Below are positions 49,521-59,771 of a stretch of 64,000 nt of DNA, in pieces. Both the position numbers and the translations under genes were made by a program. The stretch is from a virus: IMG/VR virus record IMGVR_UViG_3300029723_000002, positions 1 through 64,000 of that record. The stretch is one strand, 5' to 3'. Position 1 is the first letter of the stretch. Each line of letters opens with the position of its first letter. The notes under the pieces were generated by a model. The model had not been told where the DNA came from and searched no databases. It worked only from the letters and a program-made list of their open reading frames with translations.

Positions 49521-49525
49521 GTAAA

Positions 49526-50134
49526 ATGAAAAGAATAATAATAGAAATATTAGCTGTAATTGCGGTCTTTGCTCTTTTATTGTATTTAGGAAAAACTATC
49601 AAAGATCTTAATACTAGATTAGCATATTCTGTTAATAATGAAAAAGCATATGCTGCTGAAAGGACAGATTTAAATGCAAAAAATAGAGCGTTTCAACTTA
49701 CAATAAAACAACTTGAAAGCTCCACCGACTCCTTAACAAGAAAACTGAAAGAAGTAGCTAATGAAAGTGGAATTAAAGATAAGAGAATTAAATCACTACA
49801 GTATCAGCTTGAACACTATTCTAAAACGGATACAATAAAAATTCAAGACACAATTTTTAAAGATCCTCAGTTTGTATTAGATACATGTGTCCAAGATGAA
49901 TGGAATAAATCTTGTTTACATTTAAAGTATCCAAATGAGATTGCTATGAACCATGAATATACTAATTCTAAGTATATATTAGCTGAAGGAAAAAGGGAAA
50001 CAATTAAACCTAGAAAGTGGTTTTTACCTCGCTGGTTTAGTAAAAAACACACTATTGTTGAAATTACAGTTGTTGATGAAAATCCATATGTAATTACCAA
50101 AGAGCAACGTTTTATACAAATTGTTGAAGATTAA
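49526..50134 (+). CDS. membrane-anchored coiled-coil protein (spanin-like candidate)
   Basis: N-terminal TM segment followed by a long coiled-coil. Sits next to the SLT gene. Confidence 0.35.
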   Translation: MKRIIIEILAVIAVFALLLYLGKTIKDLNTRLAYSVNNEKAYAAERTDLNAKNRAFQLTIKQLESSTDSLTRKLKEVANESGIKDKRIKSLQYQLEHYSKTDTIKIQDTIFKDPQFVLDTCVQDEWNKSCLHLKYPNEIAMNHEYTNSKYILAEGKRETIKPRKWFLPRWFSKKHTIVEITVVDENPYVITKEQRFIQIVED

Positions 50135-50136
50135 TT

Positions 50137-50349
50137 ATGAAGACTTTAAATGCTATAGCATTAAGAGACTATATTGACGATAACGGTGTTTTTATTTGTA
50201 CTCAAGGTCAAAATGTAACCATTATTAAAGATAATAAAGATTGTTTGGTTAAAACCTCTTGTGGATGGTATGAGGCAGACGTAGAGGATTTTGAAGTAAA
50301 AGAACTGAATAATGAGGTATCAGGAGTGTTTAAAAAGAGGATTTGATAA
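50137..50349 (+). CDS. hypothetical small protein
   Basis: Track ORF 50137..50346 ends at TGA, which is followed immediately by TAA. Confidence 0.4.
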
Positions 50350-50821
50350 AGAAGAAGAATTTGCAAAGTTATTAGTTAGTACCTGTGGTGGAGTTACTCA
50401 AAAGGCAAATCCTAAAGAGGATATACATGATCATATAGATTTGTGGTGAATCATTAATGGAAAGACTATTGGATTAGATATTAAGGCACTTAAAAAGCAG
50501 TCTAGAAATGATAAAGTTTATAGCAATAATATTCATTGAATAGAACTAAAAAACGTTAATGGTAAACCTGGTTGGCTTTTTGGAAAATCTGATTATATAG
50601 TTTTTGAAGGAGTTAACATGTGGATTGTTGTAAAAAGAAAAATATTATTAACCTTTCTTAAACAAAACGTTAACTTTAATACTATTCATGAATCACTTAC
50701 TAATTTAAACGCATATGAATTATATCGTCGGAGTGGCAGAAGTGATTTAATTCTTAAAATCCCAGTAGAGGACCTACTTAAATTAAATTCAAAAATTATT
50801 ATAAAAAATGAAGCGACTTAA
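50312..50821 (+). CDS. nuclease-like protein (169 aa), 3 in-frame TGA
   Basis: MRYQECLKRGFDKEEEFAKLLVSTCGGVTQKANPKEDIHDHIDL W W IINGKTIGLDIKALKK...NNIH W IELKNVNGKPGWLFGKSDYIVFEGVN runs in frame into track ORF 50618..50821. The D...D-x-K-like spacing suggests a PD-(D/E)XK fold (inference only). Confidence 0.4.
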
Positions 50822-51308
50822 TATAGCTCTTGTTGCACATGATGCTAGAAAAAAGGAATTAGTTGATTGGGTTAAATTCAATATACATTCACTATATAAT
50901 CATCACATTATTGCTACTGGTACCACTAGTAAATTACTTGGCAATATTATGGTTAAACAAGTTACAGAGACAGATTGGAGAGAGAAAGAATATTTTGTAA
51001 ATAAATATCTCGATATAACTCCTGTTCTTTCTGGTCCTCTTGGAGGTGATCAAATGATTGGTGCTATGATTGCAAAAGGACAAATTGATGTATTAATTTT
51101 CTTTTGTGATAATCTTATTACACAGGGACATCAAACTGATATTTCAGCATTAACTCGACTAGCTTCGCTGTATAATATTGCATTTGCAACAAATCGCACT
51201 ACTGCTGATATGATTCTTACCTCTTCTTTATTTGCAAATGAAAGTTACCAACCCATTAAAAATGATTTTAGTACATATTTAAACAGACCATTATATGAAA
51301 AAAGCTAG
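50808..51308 (+). CDS. mgsA: methylglyoxal synthase homolog
   Basis: NIALVAHDARKKELVDWV...IIATGTTSKLL...VLSGPLGGDQMIGAMIAKGQIDVLIFFCDNL...ALTRLASLYNIAFATNRTTADMIL aligns motif by motif with E. coli MgsA (HIALVAHD, ATGTTG, SGPMGGDQQ, IDVLIFFWDPL, ATN..TAD). Confidence 0.7.
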   Translation: MKRLNIALVAHDARKKELVDWVKFNIHSLYNHHIIATGTTSKLLGNIMVKQVTETDWREKEYFVNKYLDITPVLSGPLGGDQMIGAMIAKGQIDVLIFFCDNLITQGHQTDISALTRLASLYNIAFATNRTTADMILTSSLFANESYQPIKNDFSTYLNRPLYEKS

Positions 51309-51804
51309 ATTTTATTATCCTAAACCTGTGGAGTTTATTGATGGTGTGGTTTTCCCAGACACTGATAATATCATTATAAATCCTAAAAAAACTTATGGTA
51401 AACGTTATACTATGGTTTCTGTGTATAACGATGAAAATGATAGTATTAGATTTGGTGTAGCTACTTGTTGTCCTGAAGATAAATTTGAAAAAGCAATTGG
51501 AAGAAAAATTGCACTAGAAAAAGCTGATTCTGAGCCTTTCCTGACTATAGATAATGCAACTGAAGAAATGGAAAGAACAGGTTTAACATTCTCAGAACTA
51601 GTAATGAAATGTCTCAAACGTCACACACTTTTCTTACTTACTTCAGATGAAAAATATAATAAATACTTTAAGTCAGACACTCGTGTACCACTAAGGAATT
51701 TTAAAGAATTGACCAATCTTGAAGACGCCGAAGAAGAGATAATACAGGATCAAATTGATAAGATAATTTTTGCTATGAAAGGTGATGGTTGATTTTGTAC
51801 TTAA
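51295..51804 (+). CDS. hypothetical protein
   Basis: Track ORF, extended through a TGA at 51790-51792 to TAA at 51802-51804. Confidence 0.45.
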
Positions 51805-51955
51805 TGGAAAGATTATTCTTGAGGATCACAACTTAAATAAATTTCAAGAAGATTTTGCTCAACTACTATATAAATATCAAACTGTTTTCAAGGGAGAAAT
51901 AAGAAGTTATAGTTTTGAGGAATGCGAAATAATAGAACCAGAAGTTAGTGATTAA
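51785..51955 (+). CDS. small protein (56 aa)
   Basis: MVDFVLNGKIILEDHNLNKFQEDFAQLLYKYQTVFKGEIRSYSFEECEIIEPEVSD*. Confidence 0.3.
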   Translation: MVDFVLNGKIILEDHNLNKFQEDFAQLLYKYQTVFKGEIRSYSFEECEIIEPEVSD

Positions 51956-52388
51956 AATTTATACTGATGGGAGTTATAAACCTTCTACAAATCAAGGAGG
52001 GTATGCTTCAATCATTATTAATGATGATAAAATAGTTAAAATTTTACAACAAGGATATATAAATACTACAAACAATAGGATGGAAATTATGGGAGTTTTA
52101 AAGGCGTTAGAGTTTTTTAAGACTCCTCAAGATATTATTATCTATTCAGATTCAAGTTATGTAGTAAGTAGTATGTCTAATAATTATGTACAGAGATGAG
52201 TATCAGATAATGATACATCAAAAAAGAACATGGATTTGTGATCTAAGATCCTAAACTTATCAAATTTTCATAATGTAAAGTTTGTATGAGTTAAGGGTCA
52301 TAATGATAATAGATGAAACGAACTAGCTGATATTTATGCAAATATATCAGCTACTGTCGAAAACCCACAAATAGACTTAGAAGACTAA
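51948..52388 (+). CDS. rnhA: ribonuclease HI (146 aa), 4 in-frame TGA at conserved Trp positions
   Basis: IKIYTDGSYK...NNRMEIMGVLKALEF...IIIYSDSSYVV...VQR W VSDNDTSKKNMDL W SKILNLSNFHNVKFV W VKGHNDNR W NELADIYA matches YTDGS, TDS.Y, DLW and W.WVKGH...NE.AD of RNase HI. The start appears to be GTG at 51948. The stop is TAA at 52386-52388. Confidence 0.75.
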
Positions 52389-52393
52389 TAAAT

Positions 52394-52759
52394 ATGAATA
52401 GTAAACAATTAAGATTGAAAAAAGTTGGAAACCATTGGCTTCCCTGTATTTCCCATGAAATTGGCGATAATATAGCACTTAACAAAAAAATTGATAGATA
52501 CTTAGATTGTTTAGATTTTAGCAAAATGGAAGAAGTTGTTATTGAGTTTGAAGAGCTAGATATTATATGGGATGGTCTTAATATTGTTTACTTTAGTGAG
52601 GAAGATATTACTAGATATCTAACTACTGATGATGACTTTAATATTAGGTTTACTATCAACAATCATAATTTTGAAATTTCATCATCTCTTTATTGGCTTC
52701 TAGAAGATCAATTTAACTTCAACTTTCATAAAGTAGGTTATAAGATTCATATTCTTTAG
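52394..52759 (+). CDS. hypothetical protein
   Basis: Track ORF. Confidence 0.45.
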   Translation: MNSKQLRLKKVGNHWLPCISHEIGDNIALNKKIDRYLDCLDFSKMEEVVIEFEELDIIWDGLNIVYFSEEDITRYLTTDDDFNIRFTINNHNFEISSSLYWLLEDQFNFNFHKVGYKIHIL

Positions 52760-52798
52760 ATAATAGGAAACTATTTATTATTTTTAATTTTATTTACT

Positions 52799-54463
52799 AT
52801 GAAAATGAAAACTGAAGCACCAAGTATTGAAAAATTAGATCTTAAAAGACGTAAATGTACTTTAAGTGACGATATGATTCGATTGATGCTAAGACAGTTA
52901 ACTCATGAAATGTACAATCATAACTTGTATAGAAGTTTTGCAAACTTTTATGGAGTTAGAGGTTTTCAAGTACTAGAACAATATTATATTGATCGTGCTG
53001 AGGAAGAAAAACTGCATCATGATTGGGTATATGGATATTTAAATGAATGTGATGCTGAATTTATTTATCCCGAAATTCCTGCCATTTCAGAAAAGTTTGA
53101 AGATATGATTACTCCTTTCCAATTAACAGTTGATAAGGAAATTCAAACAACTATGGAAATTAATGAAATGGTTGATTTAGCTTGTGACACAAGCGATTGG
53201 GCAACTTTCAATTGGCTTAATGGACATGACAAAGAAAAAGGCATGTTAGTTAATGAGCAGGTAGATTTCTGCCTGGCTATATAGTAATATATAGTAAGAA
53301 CAAACCAAAAACGGTGGAGGCTGCGATGCTAATACCGTGCTAATTTAGAACTTAAAAAATTCTAAACAGTGTAACGCGTAGATTTTGAACCTAATTATTA
53401 ATAGTTTTAAATTTGTTTGTGAGTTTAGTAAAGAATTATTATCTTTGTACTGAACCTTTAAAAGAATTAATATGGCTAAAATTAAAGAAACAAACAAATT
53501 TTATGAAAATAAGATTTTTCAATCAAAATCTTATGGAGATTTTAAAGTATTAAAATATAATAATACTTTTAATGTAGAAATAGAGTTTTTAACTACTGGA
53601 TATAAAACTTCAGTACAGTTGAGTAATGTTAAATCTGGTAGTGTCAGAGACCCTTATTATCCAATAGTTTATGGTGTTGGGTATATGGGAGAAGGTCCTT
53701 ATAAGTCTCGACCAGTACAAAATGGCCCGCAGAGCAGATGTTATAAAATTTGAAAAGAAATGTTGGGAAGATGTTATTGTAATAGCACTTCAAGTTTTAT
53801 AAATTATGGAGCTTGTGGAGTTGTTGTATGTTCAGAGTGGCATAATTTTCAAAACTATGCAAAATGATATTATAAAAACTGCATAAACGAATCTTATTGT
53901 GTTGATAAAGACTTTTTAGGAAAAGGTCTTAAAATTTATAGTCCCACGACTTGTTGCTTTATTCCTGAAGAGATTAATGCACAGTTAACATTAAGACAGT
54001 CAAGGAGAGGAAAATTTCCATTAGGTGTAAGACCCTGTGGAAAAAAATATCAAGCACAATTAAACAAAAACTCTAAAAAAATTCCATTAGGTGTATTTAA
54101 CACAATTGAAGAAGCATTTAACGCATACAAAACAGCTAAAGAAACGTTTTTGAAAGAGTTAGCTGATAAATATAAAGCTACTATTTCTGAGGAAGTTTAT
54201 TATGCATTAAAAAATTTTCAAATAAATATTAATGATTAGAATAAAATAAATCCAAGAGTGGTTTGCCCCTATATTTTAGGGTGAAAATGTACGCTGAACT
54301 ATAGTGAAATGAAGCTATAGAAGTTAAGATAAAAAGCTTAACGATAACAAATTGAGAAGAAGAAAATATCAGTCGAACAGCGTTGGATATAGCAGAGTCT
54401 GAAGGCAGTTGGCTTAGAAAAGAGAAATCTATCATGAATGCATATAAGGGTGATACAGATTAA
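52799..54463 (+). CDS. ferritin-like protein, split gene: exon 1 52799..53262, group I intron, exon 2 54355..54463
   Basis: Exon 1 ends ...ATFNWLNGHDKEKGMLVNEQ-V(gt|). Exon 2 supplies (a)EEENISRTALDIAESEGSWLRKEK... The spliced product matches the bacterial ferritin C-terminal region (E. coli FtnA ...[25 protein letters not shown]...). Unspliced, the ORF would end VDFCLAI*. Confidence 0.6.
53263..54354 (+). mobile_element. group I intron carrying an HNH-AP2 homing endonuclease
   Basis: The 5' exon ends with U and the intron ends with G. It shares the motifs gtgtaacgcgtag and ccaagagt...aaaatgtacgctgaact and the 3' terminus gataacaa(a/t)ttg with the intron at 60996..62095. Confidence 0.55.
53472..54239 (+). 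CDS. intron-encoded HNH homing endonuclease with AP2-like DNA-binding domain (255 aa), 2 in-frame TGA
   Basis: ...GYMGEGPYKS...RCYKI W KEMLGRCYC...NYGACGVVVCSE W HNFQNYAK W ...RPCGKKYQAQLNKNSKKIPLGVFNTIEEAFNAYKTAKE matches the HNH_3 plus AP2 architecture of phage homing endonucleases (I-HmuI-like). Confidence 0.55.
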
Positions 54464-54478
54464 TTAAAATAGCTAATA

Positions 54479-54808
54479 ATGTCTCTAATAACTGATTTAG
54501 GATTAGATCAACAATATACTACAGATCGTCCAATACTGTATTCTATACCTATAATATTTCCTAAAGTTATTGACAAAGAATATATAAGTTATTTAGTTAG
54601 TTTAGGTGTTACTTGTATTTTAGATACATCTGATCCTAGGTGGCATGACGCACCATTAAGTTGGATTTCTTTGTATTTAACAAATGGTCAGAACATGCAT
54701 GACATTAACACTTATTTGTCAAAAGGCGATTTAATACCATTAAGTACTGATAAGAAAAGAATATGCATTAACTTTTGTGGACTAAAATTAATACAAGAAA
54801 ATGATTAG
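54479..54808 (+). CDS. hypothetical protein, first of a tandem paralog array
   Basis: LGLDQQYTTDRPILYSIPIIFPKVIDKEYISYLVSLGVTC. Confidence 0.45.
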   Translation: MSLITDLGLDQQYTTDRPILYSIPIIFPKVIDKEYISYLVSLGVTCILDTSDPRWHDAPLSWISLYLTNGQNMHDINTYLSKGDLIPLSTDKKRICINFCGLKLIQEND

Positions 54809-55136
54809 AGATTTAAATCTATTGGGTTTAGACGAACAATATACAGCTCTTGGCCCACAGATCATGAATCTTCCTGTAGTATTCCCAAAAACTACTAACA
54901 AAGAAGCAATACAATATCTTACAAGTTTAGGGTACACATGTGTATTCGATCAGATATCAAAAAATCCAGATCAACGCCTAGCTATTGGGATTTGTATATT
55001 TATAAGCGAAGGCTTCACTCTATTTGATGTTGAAAAATATTTAGAGGATAATGAACTAGTACCTTTGGATTCTAATAGGAAAAATTTATTCATAAATATA
55101 AATGGATTATATAAAATGAGGTTAAACGATGGATAA
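54801..55136 (+). CDS. paralog
   Basis: LGLDEQYTALGPQIMNLPVVFPKTTNKEAIQYLTSLGYTC. Confidence 0.45.
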   Translation: MIRDLNLLGLDEQYTALGPQIMNLPVVFPKTTNKEAIQYLTSLGYTCVFDQISKNPDQRLAIGICIFISEGFTLFDVEKYLEDNELVPLDSNRKNLFININGLYKMRLNDG

Positions 55137-55440
55137 TTTGAATTTATTAGGTTTAAAACAACAATACTATAAGAAATCTTGACCAGAACAAATTTTTATA
55201 TTTCCTCAAACTACTAACTTTGATAGCTTAAGATATCTGCTTAGTTTAGATTATGTTTGTGTAGTTTCTGGGCTTTTTGATAGTTTAATTACAGAAGGTA
55301 AATCTAGAGGTACAATTTATATTTATGATGTTGATCAATTAGATTCTTATAAAAACATGTATCTAGATCTTAAGCTAGAACCAGTTCCAGAAAAAATTAA
55401 AGAAAGAATAATACTATCCCTATCGTTAGAACAAATCTAA
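55129..55440 (+). CDS. paralog (103 aa), 1 in-frame TGA
   Basis: MDNLNLLGLKQQYYKKS W PEQIFIFPQTTNFDSLRYLLSLDYVC... Confidence 0.4.
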
Positions 55441-55459
55441 CAAGTATATATGCTAAGTT

Positions 55460-55681
55460 ATGGAAACCCTAAATATTAGAGATTACATATGCTCCTATGA
55501 TACATCTGTAGAAGCAGCAAGAAAAGTTGTAGATAAGATTATTCAATGGTGTAATAAGTACGAATGTACTGGAGGAGAAATGCTTTGTCAAAATGATGAT
55601 TGTATAATTGAAAGTCCTTATCTAGTTGCAGACATTATTGATAATATACTTAAATTTGGACATAAGTTAAATGATGATTGA
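55460..55681 (+). CDS. hypothetical small protein
   Basis: Track ORF. Confidence 0.35.
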   Translation: METLNIRDYICSYDTSVEAARKVVDKIIQWCNKYECTGGEMLCQNDDCIIESPYLVADIIDNILKFGHKLNDD

Positions 55682-55958
55682 GGAAATTAATCATATATAT
55701 GTAATTCCAAGTTATAAGAAGGAGTATTTTATTTTTCCACAAACTGTTGAATACGACACACTTAAATACTTGATCGATATGGGTTTTATTTGTATTGTTG
55801 GAGGATTTATTAACAGTAGTAAATTACAACCTATATGTCTATATAATAGATATGTTCTAGATAAATACAGGAAGTGTGATCTAGTGTCTATACCTGAAGA
55901 TATGAAAGAATTTTGTATTAAAGATGTATATGGTTTTGAACAATTATCAGATGATTAA
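55671..55958 (+). CDS. paralog-like small protein
   Basis: YFIFPQTVEYDTLKYLIDMGFIC. Confidence 0.4.
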   Translation: MMIEEINHIYVIPSYKKEYFIFPQTVEYDTLKYLIDMGFICIVGGFINSSKLQPICLYNRYVLDKYRKCDLVSIPEDMKEFCIKDVYGFEQLSDD

Positions 55959-56691
55959 CTTACCAGATACGATTAAAAAAATAGGATTCTTAGGTGACGA
56001 ACATGGTAATCTAAAACATATTAGATATATTATCAATAGTTATCATTTAACTGATACAGTTCTGTTTTTATGTGGTGATGTTGGTTTAGGATTCCAACCT
56101 AAATGAGAAAGGTCTATAATAGATTATATCAATAAAAAATTGGTTATCACAAACTGTTATGTAATTGGAGTTCGTGGTAACCATGACGATCCAAGTCAAT
56201 TTCGGGATACTGAGTTAGTTAAAGCTAATGGCAATCCTAGGAACTGGTTAAATGTTCCAGATTATACTGTTGTTAATGTATGTAATAAGAATATCTTGTG
56301 TGTTGGTGGAGCTACATCGATTGATCGTAAATATAGACTTGCAAATGGCTGGGGTTATTGGGAAAATGAATCTCCAATTTATAAACCTAAATTAGAAGAA
56401 CGTATAGATATTATTGTTACACATAGTGCTCCTTCTTTTTGTTTTCCTCAGATAAAAAGTGATATTGTTTATGAGTATGCAAAGTATGATGAAACTTTAT
56501 TAGATGATATTTCTAAGGAAAGAATGGTTTTTGATAAAATATATGAGGATTATAAGGACACAATAACTGACTGGTTTTACGGACACTATCATCAGTCTCA
56601 TTTAGAGCAAATAAATGGAATTAATTTTCGTTTACTAAATATAGAAGAATTTTGTGAATACCGCTCCACAGATAATTACAATATATTGTAA
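55924..56691 (+). CDS. calcineurin-like metallophosphatase (Ser/Thr phosphatase family), 1 in-frame TGA
   Basis: GFLGDEHGNL (GDxHG) and GVRGNHD (GNHD/E) motifs. Track ORFs 55924..56106 and 56140..56691 were joined through TGA at 56104-56106. Confidence 0.5.
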
Positions 56692-56983
56692 AATTTGTGC
56701 TATTGAAGAAGGTCAATATACAGCAATTGTTGTAGAAGATTTAAATAGAGATTATACAGATGATCTCAAATATGTAACTGTTATAAAGTTACCAAACTGA
56801 GGCTCTTCTATAATGCAGGTTGGAGACATTGGTTATCTTCAATTTGAATCTATAGAAGGTGGAGTTACTCAATGATTTAACAAATCATCAGAAGATTTTG
56901 AAGTTTATAAATATAATAATAATTATTTTATAAACTTTTTTATACAAAAAGATAAGAATAATATGAAAGAATTTAGTTTTTAA
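56654..56983 (+). CDS. hypothetical small protein with 2 in-frame TGA (start uncertain)
   Basis: ...ICAIEEGQYTAIVVEDLNRDYTDDLKYVTVIKLPN W GSSIMQVGDIGYLQFESIEGGVTQ W FNKSSEDFEVYKY..., with TAA at 56981-56983. The nearest in-frame start is GTG at 56654. Confidence 0.3.
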
Positions 56984-56984
56984 A

Positions 56985-57822
56985 TATGAATACAGAATTT
57001 GGTGAAAAATTGCAGAGTGCAATGAGCTCTATTGATTCCTTAACTTGGAGAGATAAACAAGGTAATATTGTAAAATTAGTTGACGCCTCAAAAGAAGAAT
57101 TGCAGAAATGATATAACCATTGCTGGGAAATGCTTCATAATGAGAGTCTTTATAATCCAGGAAAAATTAAGATTAGAAAGAATATTCATCTTACTTGAGA
57201 TGCTTGTAATACTGAACTATTTGTCAGATATTTATTGCACGAATGTAATACTGAACTAAAAACTAAAAAAGACATATTAGATTATATTAATTCTAAGAGA
57301 ACTACTGGCGATCAAGATATTCTAAATGAGTCTATTGCTATTTTGTTTAGTGGTCTTCCTCCCATTTTTGAGAAAGTAACTGTTAATAGGTTAATGGATG
57401 CCTGCTTTGATAAATTAGACGTTCTTAACAAGAAAATGATTTCGGATAAATTTATCTGGTCTCAAGGAATTTGATTAACTGAGGAAGAAAAGGCAGAATT
57501 AACCGAGATTATGCCTGATGGTAAAATCAGAAATAGAATGGAGGTTATTAAGGAAAGATTAGCAGGATATGTTAATGCTGATGTTAAACTTAGGATCACT
57601 CCGACTGGATTAACTTTTGCTGAGTTTCGTTCTCTTGTACAACTACCACCTCTTCCTAAAATCAGCTCATTATCAACAGTAGCCCTTAAGACATTGAGGG
57701 ATAAAATCCTGTTATTATTAGATAATGATCTTGATTATCATATTAATAAATGGACAACACTTATTAATAATATTGAAAGAGTTGCGGAGTTTAAAAATTA
57801 TCAATTAGTAACTAAGAATTAG
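56985..57822 (+). CDS. hypothetical protein (278 aa), 3 in-frame TGA
   Basis: Starts at ATG 56985 (MNTEFGEKLQSAMSSIDSLTWRDKQGNIVK...) and runs in frame through track ORFs 57235..57474 and 57511..57822. Confidence 0.45.
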
Positions 57823-57917
57823 TATATAATATTGAAAGTTAATAACTTATAATATAAAACTTATTAAACCATTTTTAGTAAGTTTCTTTAATATTTCTAT
57901 AAATTTTCGTATCTTTG

Positions 57918-59144
57918 ATGGACAGAACCGAAAGACAAAAAGTAGGAATAAGACGATGAATTGATGGGGGTGGAACAGGCACTCTTGCTTGGAGTACGGG
58001 TTTAGGTAAAACTTATGCTACAATGCTCCTAATAAAGGAATTACATAAGGCGAATCCCACCTTAGTTGTTTTAGTCGCGGTTCCTACTAATGTGTTAAAA
58101 GAACAATGAGTTAGAGAGTTGGTCAAATACCAGCTCTTTTCTGTCTGTAAGGTAGAAGTCTTTAACACTATTGTAAAACATAGTTATACAGTTGATTTAT
58201 TTGTAATAGATGAGTTACATAATGCTGCTAGTCCTGTACATATCTCGATGTTTGAAACAGTCAAGTACAGGTATTTTTTAGGCTTAACTGCTACGTTTGA
58301 ACGATTAGATGGCAGACATAAATTATTAGAACAGTACACTTCAATTTGTGATAAAATTACTATAGAAGAAGCTGTTCAGAATAAGTGACTATCTGATTAT
58401 CGAAACTACAAGGTAATACTCGATGTTGATCTGACTAAATATAATGAATGAAATCAAAAGTTCCAGTCATTATTTGCTTTATTTGATTTTAACTTTGATT
58501 TAGCTATGAAGTGTGTTCAAAGTCCAAGAATTGCAGCTTTATATGCTAAAAAACTTGGAAGAACACTAAAGGAAATAAGAGGCATTGCCGCTGCCTGAAT
58601 GAAAATGTTACGTAATAGAAAGTCCTTTGTAATGTCTCACCCTAAGAAGCTTGAAATAGCAAATAAAATTTTAGATGCTCGAAAGGATAAAAAGTGTATT
58701 ACATTTTCAGCTACAATCAAAGATGCAGAACAATTTAAATCTAGAGGAGCTCTTATACTACATAGCAAACAGAAGAAACAAGAGAATAAACAGATTATTG
58801 AAACCTTTAACAGTCTAACTTCTGGAGTGTTAAGTACTTCAAAATCTGCAGATGCTGGTTTAGATGTTAAAGGGTTAAGTGTAGGAATTATTCTTAGTGG
58901 TGACAGCTCTAAAACACGTACTACACAGAGGATCGGAAGAGCAATTCGTCAGGAGGAAGGCAAAATAGCAGAAATATTTACATTGGTTATTAGTAAAAGT
59001 ATTGAGGAGAACTGATATTCTAATGCTAATGTAAATCAACAGTATATTACTATAAATGAGAATCAATTAGATATTATACTTAATGGTGGAGAAGTGTCTA
59101 CTAAAATAAAGAGAGGTATTGCTGATACAAAATATAGATTTTAA
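57918..59144 (+). CDS. SF2 (DEAD/DEAH-like) helicase (408 aa), 6 in-frame TGA
   Basis: Motif I GTGLGKTYA. Motif II LFVIDELHNA. Motif III GLTATFER. Motif VI TTQRIGRAIRQ. The frame was checked from ATG 57918 to TAA 59142-59144 and includes track ORFs 58119..58388 and 58599..59015. Confidence 0.55.
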
Positions 59145-59189
59145 ATAAAAGATCTAACGTATTACGTTTGTTTACATTAACGGTAATAA

Positions 59190-59771
59190 ATGGAGTTAGA
59201 TACAATAATTAATATAATAACTCAATATAATTTAACAGGAGATGAACTCTTGTTAATTTATTTAACTCTTTGTGCTCAGGATGGTCATCCTGAGTATTTT
59301 GCAAAGTGATTCAATGGTGGAGGTCAAACAAAACTAAAGGATCTCTTTATTTCTTTAAAAGAAAAAGGAATAATACACAAAAATTATGATCCTTCGTCTT
59401 ATATACCAGATGAAATTGAATTTAATAAAACTTTTTTAAAACGATATTTTAAACTGGCTGGGGAGCTAGGTAGAGAGTTATTTGAGGCTTACGAACCATT
59501 TATTAAAGTTAATGGAGCATTATACAGCTTAAAAAACTACTCTAAAAAGTTTTATTCTCTTGATGAATTTTGTTTTTGATACTCTTCTACTATTGGACAC
59601 AGTGTAGAAAAACACAAAAAGATAATTGAAATCCTTAAATGAGCTAGAGAAAATAACTTAATAAATATAGGCATCTTAGAATTTGTCAGTTCACATAAAT
59701 GAGTTGATTTAGAAAAACTGAGATTAGAAGGATTCAATAAACAAACTATCAGTTCTATATATCTTGACTAA
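59190..59771 (+). CDS. hypothetical protein (193 aa), 4 in-frame TGA (replication-module member)
   Basis: MELDTIINIITQYNLTGDELLLIYLTLCAQDGHPEYFAK W FNGGGQTKLKD... The frame was checked through to TAA at 59769-59771, which overlaps the next ATG. Confidence 0.4.
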
